Origin: Candidatus Ruthenibacterium merdavium
GTDB taxonomy: Bacteria > Bacillota > Clostridia > Oscillospirales > Ruminococcaceae
Direction of reading: 5' to 3'
Assembly (NCBI GenBank): GCA_019119935.1
Contig: DWWA01000018.1
Span: 2,771-66,770 of the forward strand
Length of the DNA stretch: 64,000 nt
Of this stretch, positions 57,950-64,000 are shown piece after piece. A model generated the notes under the pieces. That model saw only the letters and a program-made list of their open reading frames with translations. It was not told where the DNA came from and did no database searches. Position 1 is the stretch's first letter; the number at the start of each line of letters is the position of its first letter. Position numbers and translations under genes: made by a program.

Positions 57950-58081
57950 TTTTCACCTCAACATGAATCATCACTTTTCGGCACCGCTTTTTCACCGACC
58001 GTCCGAAACTGTACAGCGCATTGCAAAACACGTCAAAACAGCTTGGGAGGTTTTTGTCGGAAGTGCCGCTGTCTTGTTTTT

Positions 58082-58110
58082 ATCATAACACAGTCGGTGC
58101 AATCTATCAA
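58082..58110 (-). promoter_or_regulatory. Sigma-A promoter for the oxidoreductase-cupin operon
   Basis: TTGATA-17 bp-TATGAT with TG extension. Confidence 0.7.
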
Positions 58111-58190
58111 TCATCCCTGCCGGGGGGCTCGGCCAAACCATTCCAAAGCCAATCTCTTTGCCTTTTTGCTTGCGGGCTTGTCCGTCTGTG

Positions 58191-58199
58191 TGTTATAAT
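58191..58199 (+). promoter_or_regulatory. Extended -10 promoter element for mtnA
   Basis: TG-T-TATAAT about 70 nt upstream of the AAGGAG-ATG. Confidence 0.55.
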
Positions 58200-58270
58200 T
58201 CGTTATCAGAAGGTACGGGCCTTGTGTCTTGCCCCTGCCGCAAATGTGAAACAAAAAGGAGTGTCACAAA

Positions 58271-59347
58271 ATGGAATTGCAACAGGTTACCCATATCGAC
58301 AACGTGCGTCTTTCCGACGACGGAACCCGCGTTGTTTACATCGACCAAACGCAGCTTCCCAACCGGACGATTTACAAAGAAACCAACAAAGCCGAGGAAC
58401 TTTTCCGCGCCATCTATGAGCTTCAGGTGCGCGGCGCGCCGTGCATCGGCATCTTTGCCGCTTACGCGCTGTATGTATTGGCGCTGCAAATTCCGCACGA
58501 GGAATTTGAGCCGTTTTACAAAGAGCTGGTGCGCCAAAGGGATTATCTCAACTCTTCGCGCCCCACAGCCGTGAACCTGAGCAAGATGCTCGACCGGATG
58601 GATGCCTGCGCCAAGAGCCACTCCGGCGACTCTCACGCCGCTTTGCTGGAAGCCATGCGCGCCGAAGCCTGCGCCATTCATCAAGAGGACATTGATATGT
58701 GTTATGCCATTTCCTCTTACGGGCTTTCGCTTGTCAAAGACGGCGATACGGTTTTGACCCACTGCAACGCCGGCCCGCTTGCCACGTCACGCTACGGAAC
58801 CGGCCAAGGCCCGTTTTATCTCGCCAAAGAGCGCGGCATAAATTTGAAGGCCTACTGCGACGAAACACGCCCCCTTTTGCAGGGCGCACGCCTGACGGCT
58901 TACGAGCTTCAGCGCGCCGGCGTGGATGTCACGCTTATTTGCGACAACATGGCCGGTATGGTGATGAAGCAGGGCAAAATTCAGGCCTGCTTCGTGGGCT
59001 GTGACCGCGTTGCACTCAACGGCGATGCGGCAAACAAAATCGGCACCAGCAGCGTTGCCGTGCTGGCAAAGCACTACAACGTGCCGTTCTACGTGCTCGG
59101 CCCCTCTTCCACGATTGATTTCCACTGCGCAACCGGCGAAGATATTGAAATTGAGCTGCGCGAGCCGGATGAAATTCGCAAAAAATTCTTTGCGGAACCC
59201 GTTGCTCCGGAAGGCGTCAAGTGCTACAACCCAGCTTTTGATGTCACAGACCACAGCTTGATTACCGCAATTGTGACCGAGCGCGGCATTTGTTATCCGC
59301 CTTTCAGCGAAAGCTTCCGCAAGCTGTTCCCGGAACAGTTCGAGTAA
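58271..59347 (+). CDS. mtnA: Methylthioribose-1-phosphate (or 5-deoxyribose-1-phosphate) isomerase
   Basis: [45 protein letters not shown]...NGD.ANKIGT, NPAFDVT. Confidence 0.92.
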   Translation: MELQQVTHIDNVRLSDDGTRVVYIDQTQLPNRTIYKETNKAEELFRAIYELQVRGAPCIGIFAAYALYVLALQIPHEEFEPFYKELVRQRDYLNSSRPTAVNLSKMLDRMDACAKSHSGDSHAALLEAMRAEACAIHQEDIDMCYAISSYGLSLVKDGDTVLTHCNAGPLATSRYGTGQGPFYLAKERGINLKAYCDETRPLLQGARLTAYELQRAGVDVTLICDNMAGMVMKQGKIQACFVGCDRVALNGDAANKIGTSSVAVLAKHYNVPFYVLGPSSTIDFHCATGEDIEIELREPDEIRKKFFAEPVAPEGVKCYNPAFDVTDHSLITAIVTERGICYPPFSESFRKLFPEQFE

Positions 59348-59474
59348 GGATATCAGAAAAGTATAATGCTTCATCTATCCCACTCGATTGAAAGTGTTAT
59401 AATTTATTTTATTGAGTATTCCTCTTTTGATAGACACATGCGATCCTTCTTAATAATAAGAAGGAGTGAACGGA

Positions 59475-59789
59475 ATGAGTGATGTAACCGCTTGGGTAGG
59501 ACATCGCATACAATCGCTGCGGCTGGAACGGGGATGGACGCAAGAACAGCTTGCAGAGTATGCCGACCTTCATGTTTCTTATGTATCTACCCTGGAAAAA
59601 GGAAAAAAGAATCCCAGCATTGAAGTAATCAATCGCTTGACAAGTGCGTTTCAGCTGTCACTTTCGGATTTTTTCAGTCCCGCGCCTCAAACGCGCTGCG
59701 AAATTCGGCATCGTGTGCAGCAGGAAGAAGTAGAAGCGCTTTTAAAAGATTTTTCCAATAAACTTTTAAGTATTTGCAACCATCCGTAA
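59475..59789 (+). CDS. XRE/HTH_3 family transcriptional regulator with C-terminal helix
   Basis: IQSLRLERGWTQEQLAE.....SYVSTLEKGKKNPS; ATG 59475 after AAGGAG; extended -10 TGTTATAAT at 59395-59403. Confidence 0.92.
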   Translation: MSDVTAWVGHRIQSLRLERGWTQEQLAEYADLHVSYVSTLEKGKKNPSIEVINRLTSAFQLSLSDFFSPAPQTRCEIRHRVQQEEVEALLKDFSNKLLSICNHP

Positions 59790-59864
59790 AAGGCGGCGGG
59801 GATACACGCGTTCGGAAAATTTGATAAAGAGAGCGTCTTGCCCCGAAAAAAAGAATATGGTTCA

Positions 59865-59904
59865 AATGCGCGTCGCAAAAAAACTGCGGCGCGCATTGTT
59901 TTTA
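59865..59904. terminator. Hairpin/terminator between the XRE gene and the convergent small ORF
   Basis: AATGCGCGTCGCA / TGCGGCGCGCATT 13-bp stem followed by GTTTTT on the plus strand. Confidence 0.7.
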
Positions 59905-60060
59905 CAGTGCCTCTAATATTTTTCTTGCCATGTCAGAAAGCATCTGCTTGCATTCAGCGGAAAGCTCCGGCTGTGCGGCAATGTGTAAAACCGTTTCGAG
60001 CAGCTGATTTAACACGCAACGGGGCAGCAGCACAAACTCATATTGACAATCCTGTTGCAT
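59902..60060 (-). CDS. Small hypothetical protein (52 aa), absent from the ORF track
   Basis: MQQDCQYEFVLLPRCVLNQLLETVLHIAAQPELSAECKQMLSDMARKILEAL*; purine-rich RBS AAGGAAAGGGGAAGGAA; TGGTAAAAT upstream; stop abuts the hairpin. Confidence 0.65.
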   Translation of the reverse strand: MQQDCQYEFVLLPRCVLNQLLETVLHIAAQPELSAECKQMLSDMARKILEAL

Positions 60061-60472
60061 TTCCTTCCCCTTTCCTTATGTGTCGAAATTTTTCCCCGCG
60101 CAGGCGCTTTGCCAATCCGATTGCACCTGATTTCCGCAGGAGATCGCCCGCATCTCTATTGTTTCATATTTAGTTGCATTTTACCAGCTTTTTTCTTGTC
60201 TTCCTTTTGCCGATAAGAAAAAAACAGACTATTTTGGTAAAGTTAGCAAGTTTTCTTTCCTTTTTTGATAAAAAATTGTCACACCTCCGGGGTCTTTTTT
60301 TCCAAAAAGGCGCGCACAATGCATAAAAATTTGATATACTTAAAGTTAAAGCATCTTTTCAGATGCCGTTCAATTCGTTTTGCATGGTTTTCAAACCATG
60401 CTTCGATGTTTATTTTTTGCGTTTTCCCGCACATTGGCGAAAGGCAGAACGCAAAAAAGTGGGGTGTCATTT

Positions 60473-61555
60473 ATGAATCAACCAATTTTACAGCTGGAAG
60501 GAATTACAAAAAGTTTTGGAGATACCCAAGTGTTAAAGGGCATCTCCCTTTCTGTTGCACAGGGCGAGTTTATCACACTGCTGGGCTCGTCCGGATGCGG
60601 AAAAACCACAACGCTCCGCATTATTGCCGGGCTTGAAAGTCCGGATACCGGGCGCGTCCTCTTAGAGGGAAAAGACGTAACGCAAACGCCGCCCAACCGG
60701 CGCGATGTCAACACAGTATTTCAAAATTACGCACTGTTTCCGCACATGACGGTTGCCGCAAACGTTGCATACAGCTTAAAGCTGAAAAAACGTCCGAAGG
60801 CAGAGATTGAACAGGCCGTGCGGGATGCACTCGAACTGGTTCAGCTCACCGGCTATGAAAAGCGCATGCCGAATGAGCTTTCCGGCGGACAGCGCCAGCG
60901 TGTTGCGATTGCGCGCGCCGTGGTTAACCGTCCGAAGGTGCTTTTGCTCGACGAACCGCTCGGCGCGCTCGACCTTCAGCTTCGCCGTCAAATGCAGCAG
61001 GAACTGAAAGCCCTGCAAAAAAGCCTTGGCATCACTTTTATTTACATCACGCACGACCAAGAAGAAGCGCTCAATATGTCCGACCGCATTGTTGTCATGC
61101 GCGAAGGCCGCTTTGAGCAGATCGGAACCCCTTCGGAGGTATACGATTTGCCTAAAACATCGTATGTGGCACGTTTTGTCGGCACGGCCAACATTTTAAA
61201 AGCCACGGTGCAGAGCGTAGAAAACGGGGTTGCCAAGCTTCAATGCAGCGGCGGGTGCGGCATGGTGCAAACACTGCATTACCCGCTCACAGCCGGGCAG
61301 GAAATTTCCCTGGCGGTGCGCAGTGAACAAATTGAGTTTTCCAACGCGCCCGACGCATGCGGCATTCCTGCCACAGTGTCTGAAAAAAGCTTTGCGGGCG
61401 GAATGCTGCGGATTGCTCTTCGCCTTTCGGACGGCAGTGAAGTGGTTGCGAGCCGCCACGGCATTGACCTTCCTGTAAAAATCGGAGAACAGGTTATGCT
61501 GACATGGCAGGCATTTCATGCCGTTCCCGTAGACTTGGAGGCGCCGCATGAATAA
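60473..61555 (+). CDS. potA: Spermidine/putrescine ABC transporter ATP-binding subunit
   Basis: LLGSSGCGKTT, RDVNTVFQNYALFPHM, LSGGQRQR, GITFIYITHDQEEAL.MSDR, C-terminal TOBE; start ATG 60473. Confidence 0.9.
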   Translation: MNQPILQLEGITKSFGDTQVLKGISLSVAQGEFITLLGSSGCGKTTTLRIIAGLESPDTGRVLLEGKDVTQTPPNRRDVNTVFQNYALFPHMTVAANVAYSLKLKKRPKAEIEQAVRDALELVQLTGYEKRMPNELSGGQRQRVAIARAVVNRPKVLLLDEPLGALDLQLRRQMQQELKALQKSLGITFIYITHDQEEALNMSDRIVVMREGRFEQIGTPSEVYDLPKTSYVARFVGTANILKATVQSVENGVAKLQCSGGCGMVQTLHYPLTAGQEISLAVRSEQIEFSNAPDACGIPATVSEKSFAGGMLRIALRLSDGSEVVASRHGIDLPVKIGEQVMLTWQAFHAVPVDLEAPHE

Positions 61556-62411
61556 ACCGCATAAAAAAAACGGGGCTGTCTGGCTGGCCGCTCTGCCGTT
61601 GTACCTTTTTACACTTGTGTTTGTGCTCGGCCCTCTCGTGTACATGCTAATTCTCAGCTTTCAAAAACGCGCCGATGTCTGGGGCGTTGTGCATGAATTT
61701 ACGCTTGCCAACTACCAAAATATTTTAACTCCCGTCTACTTAGAAACCTTTGTGGAGTCCTTTCGTCTGGCGCTCACAAGTACATTTTTTATTGTTCTGA
61801 TCGGCTATCCGTTCGGCTATTTTATGGCAAAGCTTTCTGCCCCCTGGAAAAAGCGCATGATGCTTTTGCTGATGGTGCCCTTTTGGACCTCTTCGCTGAT
61901 TCGCCTGTACGGCTGGATTATCATTTTCCGCGCCAAAGGCACGCTTGACCAGCTTCTCATGGGGCTGGGGCTTATCGATAAACCCCTCAAACTGCTTTAC
62001 TCTTATGAGGCCGTTGTAGTGGGAATGGTGTATGCGCTTTTGCAGTTTATGATTCTGGCGGTATACTCCAGCGCAGAAAAGCTGGATTGGAACTTGGTGC
62101 AGGCTGCGCGTGACCTTGGCGCTACGCCGTTTCAGGCATTTTATACCGTTACGCTCAAGCTGACGCTTCCGGGACTGTTGTCGGGCGTGATTTTAACCTT
62201 TATTCCGTCAATGGGTTTGTTTTTTATCGCAGACCTTCTGGGCGGCAACAAAATTGTTCTCGTCGGCAGTTTAATTCAAGACCAGCTGATGAAAGCGCAT
62301 AACTGGCCGTTTGCGGCGGCGCTCAGCGTTGTTTTAATGATTTTAACGTCGCTGATGATTACACTTTATAAGCGCGTGACGCATTCCAACGAGCTGGAGG
62401 GCATTTTATGA
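61548..62411 (+). CDS. potB: Spermidine/putrescine ABC transporter permease
   Basis: PFWTSSLIRLYGW, AARDLGA, FIPSMG.F...DLLGG, NWPFAAA. Confidence 0.9.
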   Translation: MNKPHKKNGAVWLAALPLYLFTLVFVLGPLVYMLILSFQKRADVWGVVHEFTLANYQNILTPVYLETFVESFRLALTSTFFIVLIGYPFGYFMAKLSAPWKKRMMLLLMVPFWTSSLIRLYGWIIIFRAKGTLDQLLMGLGLIDKPLKLLYSYEAVVVGMVYALLQFMILAVYSSAEKLDWNLVQAARDLGATPFQAFYTVTLKLTLPGLLSGVILTFIPSMGLFFIADLLGGNKIVLVGSLIQDQLMKAHNWPFAAALSVVLMILTSLMITLYKRVTHSNELEGIL

Positions 62412-63205
62412 AACAGAAAAACCGTTTGCCCCACTTGTTTCTGGGGATTGTCACCGTTATCTTGTATTTGCCCATCATCCTCGTTGTGGTGTATTCGTTC
62501 AACGAGAGCAAAATTTCCAGTGTTTGGAGCGGATTTTCTCTCACTTGGTACGAAACATTATTCCGGGACAAGGACATGTTTCAAGCGCTCATCAACAGCA
62601 TTGTGCTGGGCCTGTGCTCCAGCGTCTGCGCCGCTTTAATCGGCACGCTGGGCGCCGTGGCCTTCACGCGCTTGCAGGCTCGAAGCAAAAAGCCGATTGA
62701 ATACCTTTCCACACTGCCCATCATGATTCCCGAAATCATTCTCGGCATGGTATTCATGACGTTTTTCTCGCTCATCGGCCTCCCCTTCGGCATGACGACG
62801 CTCATTATCGCACACACCGCCTTTTGCATCCCCTATATTTACATGCTGGTAAAGGCTCGTTTAGTAGGCATGGATCCCTCGCTGGCAGAGGCGGCGCGTG
62901 ATCTTGGCGCAGGAGAACTGCGGGTATTTTTAGATGTCACGCTTCCGCTTCTCGCACCCGCCATTGCTTCCGGCATGCTTTTAAGTTTTGCCATGAGCTT
63001 TGACGACGTGATTATCAGCGTTTTTGTCACCGGCGTAAATGTCAACACACTGCCGATTAAAATTTATTCGCAGCTGAAAACGGGTGTTACACCGGAAATC
63101 AACGCCCTTTGCACCCTGATGCTTGCGGCAACCATTCTTCTGGTGGCTCTCTCTTCTCTGATCGGGCGGCTCGGAAAACAAAGCACCGCGCAAAAAGAAG
63201 ACTGA
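62408..63205 (+). CDS. potC: Spermidine/putrescine ABC transporter permease
   Basis: YLPIILVVVYSFN, PEIILG, EAARDLGA, FAMSFDD, TPEINAL. Confidence 0.9.
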   Translation: MKQKNRLPHLFLGIVTVILYLPIILVVVYSFNESKISSVWSGFSLTWYETLFRDKDMFQALINSIVLGLCSSVCAALIGTLGAVAFTRLQARSKKPIEYLSTLPIMIPEIILGMVFMTFFSLIGLPFGMTTLIIAHTAFCIPYIYMLVKARLVGMDPSLAEAARDLGAGELRVFLDVTLPLLAPAIASGMLLSFAMSFDDVIISVFVTGVNVNTLPIKIYSQLKTGVTPEINALCTLMLAATILLVALSSLIGRLGKQSTAQKED

Positions 63206-63209
63206 TTCA

Positions 63210-63253
63210 AAAAAGCCGTAAGGCGGGAAAGCGTCCCGCCTTACGGCTTTTTT
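63210..63253. terminator. Bidirectional intrinsic terminator
   Basis: AAAAAGCCGTAAGGCGGGA-aagcg-TCCCGCCTTACGGCTTTTTT perfect stem. Confidence 0.9.
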
Positions 63254-63289
63254 GTGAAAAGATGAGCGCATCAAAAATGTCACCGCGCT

Positions 63290-63982
63290 TCATTCCTGCT
63301 GTTTTATTACTTCGTCGCGAAGAGCCTGCATGCGCAAATCCGTCTGAGCAATCACATCGGCGCACTCTTTTAACTCTCCGGCAATGCGGCGTGTTTCCGC
63401 CGTGTGATTTTTATACCGAATTTGATGCTCCAAACTCGCCCAAAAATCCATCGCCACCGTGCGAATCTGCACTTCTACGCGCATCGGCTCTTTGTGCGTC
63501 GAAAAGAACACGGGCACTTCCAACACTAAGTGAAGGCTTCGGTACCCGTTGGACTTGGGGTTTTGAATATAATCCTTTTTCTCAATTAAGCGGACATCAT
63601 CTTGTTGAATCAGCATTTCCGCCACCGCATAAATATCGTCGACAAAAGAGCAAATCACGCGGATTCCGGCTACGTCGTTGAGCGTGGACATGATGGAATC
63701 CACCGCGACGGGAACGCCTTTTCTTCGAAGCTTTTGCGCAATGCTAATGGGCTTTTTAATGCGGAAAGAAATGGTTTCAATCGGGTTTCGCCGTTTGGAA
63801 TGAGAAAATTCGTCATTTAAAATTTCCAGCTTTGTCGTCACTTCACGAATCACCGCATGATACTTCATCATCAAATGATTGAATTCTTCCAACCGCTGCA
63901 AAGCATCCTGGTCTTGATCCGTGAGTAAAAAACTTCGCATCAGTTCCGTTTTTTCCACTCGAAAGCTTTTTTCTACGTCCAT
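63290..63982 (-). CDS. Small alarmone synthetase (RelA/SpoT domain, RelP/RelQ-like)
   Basis: RIKKP.SI..K, DVAGIRVIC, DYI..PK.NGYRSLH, EVQIRT.AMDFWASLEH..RYK. Confidence 0.92.
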   Translation of the reverse strand: MDVEKSFRVEKTELMRSFLLTDQDQDALQRLEEFNHLMMKYHAVIREVTTKLEILNDEFSHSKRRNPIETISFRIKKPISIAQKLRRKGVPVAVDSIMSTLNDVAGIRVICSFVDDIYAVAEMLIQQDDVRLIEKKDYIQNPKSNGYRSLHLVLEVPVFFSTHKEPMRVEVQIRTVAMDFWASLEHQIRYKNHTAETRRIAGELKECADVIAQTDLRMQALRDEVIKQQE

Positions 63983-64000
63983 GATTTTTGATACTCCTTA

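Noticed and set aside
58200-58260. SAM-I riboswitch upstream of mtnA (TTATCAGAAGG resembles the S-box start)
   Set aside because: The leader is only about 65 nt and lacks the remaining S-box core and a terminator

Overview
GC-rich Firmicute chromosome segment. Gene content, T-box and L20 leaders and sigma-A promoters point to Clostridia, probably Oscillospiraceae/Ruminococcaceae (inference). Bases 1-47.7 kb are mostly minus-strand housekeeping genes: rlmL/ypsC, ireB, pheST with a Phe T-box, efp, rpsU, leuS, the rdgB-yhbY-nadD-yqeK-LCP-LCP-rsfS cluster, plsX-rnc-smc-ftsY, dprA-topA-trmFO, infC-rpmI-rplT with an L20 leader, addBA, cysS, a ynbB-like gene and murD. Bases 47.8-64 kb look more accessory and metabolic: type III glutamine synthetase, a nitrilase-family hydrolase, a Gfo/Idh/MocA-cupin-BMP nucleoside ABC operon divergent from a lone mtnA-family isomerase, an XRE regulator, potABC without potD, and a small alarmone synthetase. 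No rRNA, tRNA, CRISPR array, transposase or integrase was seen. The most unusual signals are (1) a 138-bp tandem unit upstream of rlmL in which each copy holds an extended -10 promoter, a four-way-junction RNA and a terminator-like hairpin; (2) an unannotated 52-aa ORF convergent with the XRE gene whose C-terminal helix resembles the XRE C-terminus (SinR/SinI-like hypothesis); (3) the mtnA/oxidoreductase/cupin/nucleoside-ABC locus with a structured leader; and (4) tandem LCP paralogues sharing a 10-aa motif at the tips of otherwise unrelated disordered tails. Product calls come from motif recognition by eye; no database searches or folding programs were run.
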